From Sphagnum compactum (Eukaryota), in NCBI GenBank assembly GCA_965153455.1, contig OZ234494.1, forward strand, positions 4,712,001 through 4,776,000: DNA of 64,000 nucleotides, in the 5' to 3' direction. This document shows positions 13,100-24,987 of this stretch, in pieces (the first letter of the stretch is position 1; each line of letters starts with the position of its first letter). The translations under genes and the position numbers were made by a program. The notes under the pieces are model-generated. The model made no database searches. It worked only from the letters and a program-made list of their open reading frames with translations, and was not told the origin of the DNA.

Positions 13100-16000
13100 C
13101 ACCTGTATAAATTATGGGTTTTGCAATTATCATTTGTAATTCAAATTCAATTGCATGTGACACTTGCAACTACAAATTCTTATAGTTGCCTAAAACAAGT
13201 CGCACATGACGTTTAGTTACATGTGACATTACGTTCATCCATACATACTAATTCAAATGTAATTGCACCTTATATGCATCTCTCCTTGCAATTATAGTGT
13301 AACCAATCACTGTAGTATGACACATGTTTAAAAATTAGACAAATTGTTTGTGAACATGTGTCATTTTAAATTATTTTTGTGTTTTCAAAATTAAAAATTC
13401 ATTGGATGAATTTTAATCGTTAAAGCTTCTACCACTAAGATGACAACACATGGCACACCGTGGAACGTTCATTAACCATTTAACATGTGTCCATTTTAAC
13501 ACCAATTATATGGTGACATGTGGCAATTAAAGCCCATTTATCTTTTATTTTTAAATATTAATTAATGAAATTCAGATCGTCCAATTTAGAATTAATAAGA
13601 TGTTGACAAATGGTGCCTACGTAGGTAGGTAATTATTACACCTTACTAAGTAAGTAGGTAGGCCTAGATATGTAAGTAGGTTGAAAGGTAGGCTTAAACT
13701 AGATAAGTAGGTTTAAAATAATCTGATTTTACTTTTGGGTTTAACCATTTAAGGTCAAGTTTTTCTTATTGATTCATCCCCAATGGCACTTGGTACTCGG
13801 TTTGTGAACATGGCTTTTGCACCTACTTATATAATGTGCAAAAACTGGATTGGAAATCAAAAGATATGGAATAAAAAATTCCATTGCAAACATCACTAAC
13901 TTAGTTGCACATGAAATGCAACTATTGTATTAGTACTTATGTTATTTACTAACCTAATTTACTTACAAGTTGTATATCAATATATTTTTTAAAATAAAAA
14001 GGTAATAATATTATATTATTATGGTGTTAATAATAGTTAGTAATAATAATAAAATGATTTATTTTCATCGTCATAGTAGTTATTATGATTATAATTTTTA
14101 AATAATTATGATTATTTATAATGATTAACAAATTATAATTTAAAAATATTATTATCTAGCTTAAACTAGTAATTAACTTAGGATGTTATGGTACTTGTAA
14201 ATTAATTAATGTAACCTATTTTTAACATAAATAATAAAATTTCAATATATAATAATTATTGAAATTATTATTTATTATCACTATTATTATTATTATTATT
14301 AATAAAAATTTAAATAATGGTTATGATGACTTATAATAATATAATAATATAAATTTATAATTTAGGTTAAAACTTAGTTAGCTAACCTAGGTTAAAATAT
14401 TTACAAATTAATTAATGCATCCTACTAGCCATAGGTATATCAATTAATACTATTAAAATAATATTATTAATATAGTAAGGTGCAAATAAGATATAATGAC
14501 CCAACATGATTGCTGAAAAAAAGGACTACATGTCTTTTTCCCCCAAAAAAACTTTTTTATATGAATGAATTTTGGAACAAGTTTTTTGAAACTTGTTATA
14601 ATAAATGTTTATAATTATCCAAATACATGATATGGTTTTTTTCTTCATCAATTTTGAATAAATATGAATTTTGAAAGTGTTTTGATTCCTTGTAATTTTA
14701 ATGTTTTGTTTTTTAGAATGAGAATAATTTCAAATCATAACCAATTTTTATTTTTTCTTGTAGAGTAATCTATAACTTTTTTTAACATATCATGTGCATT
14801 TGAACATATTTATGTGTGGCAAAGACTTTTGAAATTTTAAAATTCTAGATCAATTTTGGAAAGTTCTTTGAATTTTTAAACTTTTAGAATTCCACATATT
14901 TTAGGGTGTTTTTTAATGTGGTTAATAGGTCTTTATCCTCTTAATTTTTTTCCCATCAAATGTGTTTTGTTATATGAGTCCTTTTGATAGTCCTTTGTAA
15001 AATTGATTCATGTTTTACGCGTTGCTGTGCACTTTTAAAAGTCTTTAATCAAAACTTCAATTAAAAATTTTCATCAAACGAATTTTTGGTTTGACTTTCT
15101 AACATTCATATGAATGAAAAAAAAAAACTTGTCACGATTGACATGGCTTTAAATGGCAAAACATAAATATTTATCCCATTTTGACTATTTTTTTTGTGTT
15201 CCAACAACCTTTTTGATTCGTTGTATTATGGTTTCGTCGAGTAAAATAATGATAATATGTATTATTTAAAAATAATAGTAATAATAAAATAATTATTACC
15301 CTTAGTAATAACAATAATAATTACTAAGTAAGTATATATAGTTTTAAATTTAATAATTTTTTGTTGCTATGATTACCTATAATATTTAAGAATTAATTCT
15401 ATCATAATATTAATTCCGAATAAGAATATTACTACTTAGTAATATTAACTATGCATATTAATATTAATCTTTATTATATCAAAAGGAAGTTGGTGCATTT
15501 AAAAGAAATTTTGGGCTCATAATTTTGTTCATTTTTTCTTGATTTTTTTTGTTTCATCAAGTTTACATTTGAAAAAAATCCAAATAAATTTCACAAATAA
15601 AATAAGGTATTTTTAAAAAAGTTTTACTTTCCAAAAACAAAATTCAAATGTACATGACAAATAAAATTTGAAAACTTGCAATACATATTTAAACCACGGT
15701 TAGTTTAACCTATTTTAATTTAATTTAATTTAATTTAATTTAACCATAATTAATTTATCCATTACCTATAATATTTCAGAATTATTAATATTATCATACT
15801 ATTAATGATAATAATAAAACTTAGTCGTATTAATATTAATCTTTATTATATCACTAAGGAAGGTGGGCATTTTAAAAAATTGTGGGTTCCAAACTTTGTT
15901 CATTTTGTTTTGATTTGTTTTTGTTTCATTGAATTTACATGTTAAAAAAGTATAAATATTTTTTTTTTAAAAATTACTTACCAAAAGAATATTTAAATAT

Positions 16001-16457
16001 ATTTGAGAAATCAAATTTGAAAACTTGCAATACATATTTTAACTGTTAGTTTAACCTAATTTAATTTAACTTAATTTAATTTAACCTAACTTAATTTAAC
16101 TAGTGTGAGTTTAGCTTTTGTTTAACCAATGTTTAGTCTTGATTAACCTTAGTTAACATGGGTTTAACTTTAATAGAAAAGGTACATAATACTACTATAC
16201 ATAACCTAGGTAGATATATGAAATATATTAAATTAAGTATGTATTAATTTAGGCCATTCTTTTTATAACACATGTCCATGTTGTACATAGTTAGTTGCAT
16301 GTTAGTTACACACACAACCGTATGGCCAAAAAACTATACAGTACCAAATTTGTAACTACAAACATGATCAATATAGTTGCAAACAACAATTAGTTGTTAA
16401 CTAGTTACATGCCAATTGCATATTGATTGGTTGTAAACAATTGGATTTTTATTAATG
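13100..16457. mobile_element. Non-autonomous CACTA-type element inserted in gypsy pol, 3-bp TSD CAT
   Basis: Degenerate ends CACCTGTATAAA (13100) and TTTTTATTAATG (16457). CAT lies at 13097-13099 and 16458-16460. Both subterminal regions are homologous to the CACTA at 37638-39427 / 53697-54400. Removing the element restores the pol frame. Confidence 0.85.
15373..16100. repeat. ~390-bp tandem duplication inside the CACTA
   Basis: TTACCTATAATATTT...TTAATATTAATCTTTATTATATC...AAATTTGAAAACTTGCAATACATATTT occurs twice, starting at about 15373 and 15763. Confidence 0.8.
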
Positions 16458-18170
16458 CATCTAAGGATAATTGTTCCAATTACACATTGATTAGAAAACT
16501 TTAGGGTTAAAAGCCATGATTACCCAATTTGATTATGATGGTTGAAAGTTTGTCATGGCATATGCTAATTGGTCCAACAACAAAACAAAGGCCAAGGTAT
16601 AGTTCATACAATGAGGAATGCCTTATAGTTGTTTGGGAAATTTCATCATTTTGATGCTATTTTTATGGTAGGTCATTCACCTTGGTTATTGATCATTAAC
16701 CCTTCAAATTTTTGATGAAATCAAATCAACTCATAAGAAAGTTAACTAGATGGGCACTTATTTTATAAGAGTATGATTTTGATATTGTTCATAGGGCTAG
16801 TAGGGTTAATCATGATGCTAGTGGGTTGAGTTGGAATTCAAGTTCTAGTGAGGAGGATACCATAGGGGTTTGGTGGCACAATGATATGGATTTGGAAGCG
16901 ATACCAATATGGTATGCTTCTACATAGTACCTATGTACCTTGTTAGGATGTTTTGGGGTTGTACCTTAAGTAAGACCAAGTAGTGGGGATTCCCAATAAA
17001 AGGATATTGAATCGAATGGCAATGGCGCCTTGGATATACATGATGATTCATTTGTTATTGCATATCTGCAAGTAGGTGAAATTTCAGTTGGATTAACACA
17101 TAAAAAACGAGACCGAGTTGTGCATAGGGCCAAAAGGTTCACATGGGACGGTAATTCCTTGCTACGGGTGTGGATAGATGGATGAATACAAGTAGTACCT
17201 TGCCCAAAACAACATGAGGGCCTTGTTCAACATGTTCACAAATAATTAGGCCATTTTAGGGTTCGATAGATTTATAATTTATTCTAGACACAATAGTGGT
17301 GGCAAGGGATGCAACTATAGGTTTAGTAGTTTATTTCTTGGTGTATGGTATGTGACTGAATTTGAACATCATTCAATGCACCTACACTTCATTTACAACC
17401 TTGACCAATTATGAAGCTAGGATATTGATGGAGTTAAAATTTTGTAAGCCCACTAAAATTGACACTTCAACATAACCCATATGTTTTGGTTATGATCAAA
17501 CATTTTTCCAAATGGATGGAATTAGTGACATTGTCGAATTGCAATAGTTAGGGAGCTACCTACTCATTTATGGAAAGAATGTTTAGTAAATTTGGTGCTT
17601 CAATTGAGGTTTTTATTGACCAAGGTACAAAATTCCATGGGGAATCCCAAGAGATGTGTGAAAAGGCATTGATAGATCATCAAACTACTTCATAGAATTA
17701 TCCTAAGCCAAATGGGTTAGCTAAATGGATGGTATAGACAATGAAACGAAGACTTTATAAGTATGGCCTCTAAAATGGTCATATTAGATATTGGGACCTT
17801 TGTAGTTACCATGGTTGGCCATGGGATACATATTCAATTTGTAGAATTCCTTTGCATCATTTCACCATATTTTATACCGTTCGATCATGACTCTAAACTA
17901 CCGCCTCCATTCAACGTGATGTTATGGTAGTAGCGGTTTGGATGATCCTACACTGTGGATTCAAGCATGTGAGTAGAAAGTAGCTTTATTTAGATGTGTG
18001 ATGCTTATGGCTATGGAGAATCTAGTAATTGCTCAACATCGTGTTGTTCTTTGGTATGTCACAATCCATGGAGGTGGTTATCAGGTTCAAATTTGTAGAT
18101 TTGAACTTGAAGATTTTGTGTACTTGTAATAAATAACACCAACTACTTTGGATGTGACTTGCAAAACATG
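16458..18170 (+). pseudogene. Ty3/gypsy pol fragment: RNase H and integrase (degenerate)
   Basis: RNase H motifs: FQLHID*, MAYANWSNNK, YSSYNEECLIVVW, FTLVIDH*P, RWALIL*EYDFDIVHRA. Integrase motifs: HVHK*LGHF...CMVC zinc finger, YVLVMIKHFSKW, IDQGT, NGLAK, GGGY...DFVYL. The RT-RH-INT order is the gypsy order. Confidence 0.93.
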
Positions 18171-19851
18171 TGTGACAAATGGTTTTGTCTTTAGTATACT
18201 AAACAAACCTACGTTTTTATTAATGTAGTTAGATGGTAGGAAATGCCTTAAATTTTTCTCCAATGGGACACACAATTGGTTGAAAATTTAGGGGATTGAA
18301 GTGAGGTGACTAATGATGGGCTTCCCATTCACACCTTACCTATCTTTTCACCTTTGAACCAATGTGTTTTCCTTTGAGAAATAGTTATAGGCTTTTCATG
18401 TTGTTATATGGTTTCAAGGGGCTTTGACCATACATAGGGGGGCGGTTTGGATGGATGTAGTAGGTTTATGGGGTGTTAAGTTGTTTTGTTTATGGATGTT
18501 GACAATGATGGTTATAATAACTAACATTGGAACACAGAACAACTATTAGAAGTTTTGTGGTAGTTACAAGTTTTTATCTTAATTTCCATAGTTATCATAA
18601 GTAACTTAAGCTAATTCAGTTTGGAACTAATTCTAGTGGAAACTAAATTTCAAACATTTTGTGTTTGGGATATAAATCCCTTCATGAGCAGTTTCAAATC
18701 ACCAAAAGTGATTTGAGATTCTAAAGCATACTGTGTTTGGTAAGTTTAATGGTTTTGTAAGTTTTTCCTATGTTTATGTAGCTTTTTATGACACATGATG
18801 ATTTTTAAAATTGATGATGACAATAGCTCCTTGCCAATTATCAAAACAAAAAAAAAAAAGTAGGAAAAAGAAGCCAAAAGTACCAAGAAAAACTCCTTAA
18901 AAACTCTCTAAAAAGGTAGAAAAACCACAAAACAAATTCTCTTTAACAAAAAAAACTACCAAAAAAAAGTTTTGGTCTTCTTTTTCCCTAATTTTTTTAT
19001 TTTCTTCTTTTAAATTTATTTCCCCCCCCTCTTTTTCTTCCTTGATTTTTTTCTTTTCCTCCTTGTTCCTGGTTTTTTTCTTGTTCATGCCCAAAATAAA
19101 TAGGAAGAAAAACAGACTTACTTGCAATCCGTTGTCACTTACTTGATGATGACACTCCCGCCCCTTCAAATTATGTCGCCTCTTCATGTATATGGTGTGC
19201 GCCTCCTTACCTCCTCATATAAACAAAGCAAACCACATAAAACAATTGATAAACAAAAACACACTAGGAAAAAAAATGATGACAAGCTGAGGGTTGCAGC
19301 TCGTTATTGTCATCAAGCATGACTTGCAAAACAAAACACAAAGAGGAGAGGCAACATACCCGAGGACACGTTGGAGTAGAGCACGATGTTGCAACAAAAT
19401 ACAACGATAGAGGCAACATTGGGAGGGAAGTGTGATGGGAGGCAGCATTGGAGCAGAGCCTGTGTCGGAGGTGCGTTGAAGGTGATGGCTCAAGACGTTA
19501 GTAGGTGTGGTGGGAGGGAGGTCAGCAGGTGCGTTGGAAAGGAAGGAGTTGCTACAGTGGCGAGGGAGCTTCTGCCACCACTGTTAGTTTAGGTTAGGTT
19601 AATTGTTAGGACAGGTTAGTCTGAAGGTAGGAGGGGTTAGTAAGTGAGGGAAAAAAAAAAGGAAGGGAAAATTTTGAAAGCTGGGGGGAGTTGGGGCAGC
19701 CAAAGAAAATAAAATGAAACCCATGGTCAAATGGGTTAAGTGGTTTGGGTTCATCTCAGTAAGAACTTGTGATGTGACTCAATGTGGGAAACACTAGTTA
19801 CATTCTGGGACAGGTCTGGTAAAACCTGTCGGCACATGACAGGACCGGGCA

Positions 19852-20217
19852 ACGGTGAACCAGCACCCACGAGTGCACCATCAAGGATGGATGATATGTG
19901 ATCAGGGAACAGTTTTCTGTTGGGTTCCAGTTCCCTAGCTAACCATGGTGGTTAGCTCAATTGCTTTATTGAATACCTACCAACTCTGTAGGTAGTAAAA
20001 ACAGCCCCTACTTACTATGTATAAACTAGCTACTTAACTAGGAGTCCTTTATTTTGTTACTTACCTGTCTATATGTTAGACTTACTTCTAATAGAATGGG
20101 TTACTAAGATGAAACCAGGTAGTAACTAGTAACTCAGTTGAGGATCATCCATCCACAACTGAGTCATAAGGGGCAGGCATCCAGTGGATGGTGCATTGGT
20201 GGGTGCTGGTTCACTGT
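19852..20217. mobile_element. MITE with ~40-bp TIRs
   Basis: Left ACGGTGAACCAGCACCCACGAGTGCACCATC; right end reverse-complemented reads ACAGTGAACCAGCACCCACCAATGCACCATC. No TSD recognised. Isolated copies of the motif occur near 25325 and 27884. Confidence 0.75.
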
Positions 20218-20373
20218 GGCCGACAGGACCACTCTAGACTTGAGGCGTTAGTAAGTGGGACAGGCCTGTTCCATGGTACTTAATCTCAATCCAGCATTTT
20301 TACATTGAATTAGGTTTAGGGTTTAGGGATGAAAAAAAATCAAGAAAAAAAAAACATAGGAATTCCAGCCTGG

Positions 20374-20375
<2 letters not shown>

Positions 20376-20410
<35 letters not shown>
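20376..20410. repeat. (GA)n microsatellite
   Basis: Direct read. Confidence 0.95.
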
Positions 20411-20411
<1 letters not shown>

Positions 20412-21075
20412 ACAGCCTTAAATGCAACTGCAAGGGTGGTGGTGGTCGACACACAAACTCCTAAACATGCACCCCAACAAATAATAATACCACTCAATGG
20501 CCAGGGAGCAATTTTCTGTCAACTGGTTATGAGCTGCCAACTTGGAAAACCATTCAGTCAGTCAGAGGGGGTAAAGATCTCAGTTGTCAAGTATTGGAGG
20601 TAACTTGGAGTTACAATTGTGTTGGAACACTCAATTTCTCTTTCTCTAGAATGAATTTGAATCAACTTTGTAGGCAAACGACTCAAGCTAGCATGTAACT
20701 AACTATCAATTCTCCCCCTACATTGACACATCACTACTAACACCTAATACGTGGCTAACTGGCAAGTAGGACTTCCATAGGTGTCACCGATTCCGTTGGC
20801 TGGTATGGTATGTTGCAGTACTAGGCTAACATTATGTTCTTTCTCTCCATGTTCAGTCACTCCAGAGGCCATCATCATAGCTACTAAATGGTGTGCAAAT
20901 GGCCACCAAACATACAAAATATAACCTTCATGAGTAACAACCCAATATATTGACTAGACAATGAAGATAGATTCAAGTGCTCATGCAGAGGAGTTTTTAT
21001 GTACTGAAACTGGTGGGATACTTTTTTTTCTTTTTTGGGTTTGTTATTCATAACTCTGGCGACAAAAAGCTTCTA

Positions 21076-21362
21076 CCCCTAACCACCAACCAGGATAGCT
21101 TATTGTCCTCACAGAGCATGAGGAGAAGGGGGGGTCCAGTTGGGATTGGAACTCACCCCTAACCACGTACCAAGGTAGATTATTGTCCTCGCAGAGCATG
21201 AGGAGAAGGGGGGGGTCCAGTTGGGATTTGAACTCACCCCTAACCACCTACCAAGGTTGCTGACTGTCCTCGCCGAGCATGAGGAGATCCAGTTGGGATT
21301 TGAACTCCCAACTGTCATCTTTACTGCATCACCCATAGCCACCAGGGTAGCTGAATGTCCTC
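21076..21362 (-). repeat. ~80-bp tandem repeat (3 units plus a partial) with a Pol III B-box-like motif
   Basis: Units start CCCCTAACCAC at 21076, 21156 and 21237. The minus strand of each reads GAGTTC(A/C)AATCCC. Confidence 0.85.
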
Positions 21363-24300
21363 CTCTGGTGGGGGTACTTCTTTTACATACCTAATTCAAC
21401 ATGTTGCCCAAAGTCCAGTTATAAATATTCACAGACCTACATGGTCCCAGTTGATAGTTTATTGTACAAGAAAAGCAAGAAAATCTAAACTTCCTATAAA
21501 CTTAGTCTCAGTTTTGGTCCAAAAGACCAAAGTTCAGTTTGGTAATGTCTATGATAGGGTACGTCTAAAGGGTTTCAAATGCCCAAATAAACTCACAATC
21601 ACAACCCTCCACGTTTTACAACTAGATATGTGTCACCATAAAATGTAACCCTGGTCAAGGATGTTTTATGATATGCTTAACCTTTGGTTTGAAAGGTTGT
21701 GAAACTACGAATGCAGTTGTTTTTGCTTTTAGCGCAGCTCTTGCAGGTGTCACTGACCTGAAAAATTGTGTGAAAATGGCAATTTCAAGATGTTTCAAAA
21801 TTTTGAAAGTTTGCCAAAATGAAAAATTGTGTCAAAATGGCAATTCCACGCAATTCGACTGCAACACTTCATCTGATGTTTGCGTGGGTACAGGAGTTCT
21901 TACTGCTATGGGTGGAGAGAGTCTGGAATGGTCCAATGGAGTTCTTTAGCAGAAAGAAGTATTGGAGGGTGCAATGGAAACACTTTTATTTTGGAAGTGA
22001 AGTTTGTAATGTTACATAATCTGTATTAATTTTTGTGTCAGAAGGTCTTACTAGGATCGGATTACACAGTTTTATTATTTAAACCCACATCACAATAACC
22101 CTCAATCTATGTTCAAACCTTAAAATCATTGTTAAGCACAAATGATGTGTTGCCATGCGGTTGTGAGTTCATCAAATGTCACGATAAGTAGATGTCAACC
22201 GAGCCCAAAATAGGGTTTTTAAAAATGGTATGAAAAGTATTGTATGCTTGACAGAAAGCTAGTGGATTTCAAAATGAAAACTTGGCAAAATTGTGCAGCA
22301 TGGAAAATTGTAAATTATCAATAGACCACCTAAACCATCCAACCAAATGTGCTATACCTTAACTTGGTTGGCAAATTAGGAGGTAACTCATCATCCTCTT
22401 CATTGTTGTCCCTTTTGAATTTTAGACTGACCACACTTCACTCTTTATAAAATTGGGAAATGGCCATTAGATAAGTAAATAGCAGATTTCAGATAATGCT
22501 GTGGCGTTTGGAACCCAAACAAACCTTAGACCCTCTTTCTTTCCCACTTTGCTGGGTGGCTTGTTTAATGATGCTTGCCAGGGTTTCATCATCAATTAAG
22601 GTCTTATTATTACGACGATCTCAGAGTTATATGTAAAGTCCCACGATTAGGGGGCGAGAATGAATGGCCATTTTCGGCATAATAGGGCATCAAATGTGTA
22701 GCTTGGAATGAAAATGTTACAAAGGGAAAACACCGGGACCCAAACTAGTTTTGCCACCAGAATAGTGGTAAACTGAGTTTCCTCCTGTCTTTCCTTCTTG
22801 GTAAGCGCCTCCGCTGCTACTACATATATTTTCACTGCGCTGACGTGTACAACTGCTATATTCACTTTCGAACCTTTCTTGGCCATTAAATGCTGAGATT
22901 TAATAAAATTTCATTACTTTGCATATATATACCCCTGAAAGAGGGGATAGGGGATGAAAGGAGGCCCAAAGACAGGGTGAAGACAGGGTGACTTTATGGA
23001 TAACTCCCATACATGCCTTCAAACGTTTCTCACGGTAGAGTATAACGGAGGCAGTTGTCACAAATAGGTGAAAAGTATATGTTATCTCATAAAGAGTTGA
23101 TGAGATTGTAATTTTTTGTGATCACGTCTGAGTACAAAAATTTGGGCCGTATTGAAGCACATCCATCCCTACTACACCATTCATTGAGTTCAAGTGAAGC
23201 CATACTCTTGAATTCGGTGGAGGACAATAAATGACGTATCTTCATCTTACAATTAATGGAAGATGGGGCGCGCCTGCCTGGCAACTCAGGTCCCAACAGA
23301 CAGTATTAAATGAATTGACCTTTCTTCCTTAACAAGAAGGCCTGTTCCAACTTCCCCATTAGTGTTAGACCGTACTCACACCTCAATTTCCATGAAATAA
23401 TTAATAATGCCCCGCCACCCCCACCAAAAGAAGTGAAGATTCAGAGTTTTTTTTTTAAAAAAATCAAAAATTGAGCAAGAATTTCCAAATAAAATAATGC
23501 CAAAAAAAGTGAAAAGAGTTAGAGTAAAAAAAGCTCCAAAAAATCATTCAGACGATGAATTCTGGTTATTGGGATGAACACGCACCCACTAGACCACAAT
23601 ACATTATTATATCATGGTCTGCATGGATATAGGTACACTTGTATAATATTATTTTTCTGATTATTGGGGGAAGACATGAACCTACTATTAAGCCACATAC
23701 ATAGGTATATCATCTCTGCATCAATGTTTCATCTGGCTTATGTAGGATGGGATTTTGGTGATCGTCACTTTGTGACAATTTCAAAGTCATTTCAGATTAT
23801 AATTTGTCGTAGATCAAATTTCATTTGAGAAGGGAATTTTTATTTATTTTTGGTTTGTATCTTGTTTTATGTCTTGCACCTTTTCAATGTTTTTGTCTGT
23901 TTGTATTTTGTTGTTTGTCTTATATTTTTTCAATGTTTTTTTTTTGGTTTGTTTATATTTTATTGTGAACTTTTCTAACAAATCAGACTTTTGTTGACAT
24001 TTAGCTTAACAAATCAAGAATGTAAAAAGATATTAATGAAACAAAATGACATCTAATGAAATTTACAAAAAACAAAAATTGGAAAGAAAATTAATTACTA
24101 TTATGTCCACACAAAATAATTTAATCAGCATCATCGGTAGTGTGAAGTAACATGGAGCCCAAATAATTAAATAAATGAATAAATCTCTATAAGCATTCTA
24201 TTTGTTTGTTTGCTTTTAAGGAGACTTCCCAAGGTACCAACCAAACACCAAGCATGTGCTGACAATAGGTACCACAGCAGCAATAGATTTTTTATTTTTA

Positions 24301-24987
24301 TTTTTAGTTTTGTTTTTGGAGAATTTATTTTACCTTTTGCTGATTTCAAAAATAGGAAAAATTGAGTGTTTTGGGTGCTTTTCTACTTGCCAATCTCATA
24401 AAGGAAACTTTAAAATCCCTAGATTCTATATTAGGTTCCAGTAAGTAGCTCAAATTTGATAGCCAAATTTGATTAAATTATCTTATGCATGGTCACCACT
24501 TTGGCTATGTCAAAAAAAATTAGGGGAAAAAAAACACACGCACACAAACATGCACAGACACTGGAATTAAATCAAAGCCTGCCAGACTTTTGTTTTTCTT
24601 TGTTTTTTTTTTCCCCGAATTCCTCAAGCAGGTCCACTGGCGAGGATACTCAGAATGAATTAGCATTAAATGGCGAATGTCCAAGCTGGGCTGTAGCATT
24701 TTTGCAAAAGTGCTGCTACAAGTGGCGACCTAGGAAGTGCCTAGGTCTAGAAGTGGCTAATTTCAATTTTTTTAATTTAAAAAAAAGGCGAAAAATATCC
24801 CTTAAAATCACAAATCTTTCTGTTTGTTCCATTTCCTGGAAAGAAAAAAATTCGCCAGAAAAAAATAAAAATAAAAACAATGCTGCTAGAGTCTAATAAG
24901 ATCATGTGAATATTGTCTAAGGAAGAAATCTTATGAGGCTGCAAAAGAATTACAGGTACTAATTAATTAAGCCCAGAACTTATTCCA

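Noticed and set aside
20310-20328. Interstitial telomeric repeat (TTTAGGG; also ~42843-42860)
   Set aside because: Only 2-3 units, which is common by chance or as a telo-box.
21076-21362. CRISPR array
   Set aside because: The whole 80-bp unit repeats, so there are no unique spacers. There are no cas genes and the context is eukaryotic.
24489-24896. 135-aa ORF
   Set aside because: Built from A/T runs and repeat fragments; no recognisable motifs.
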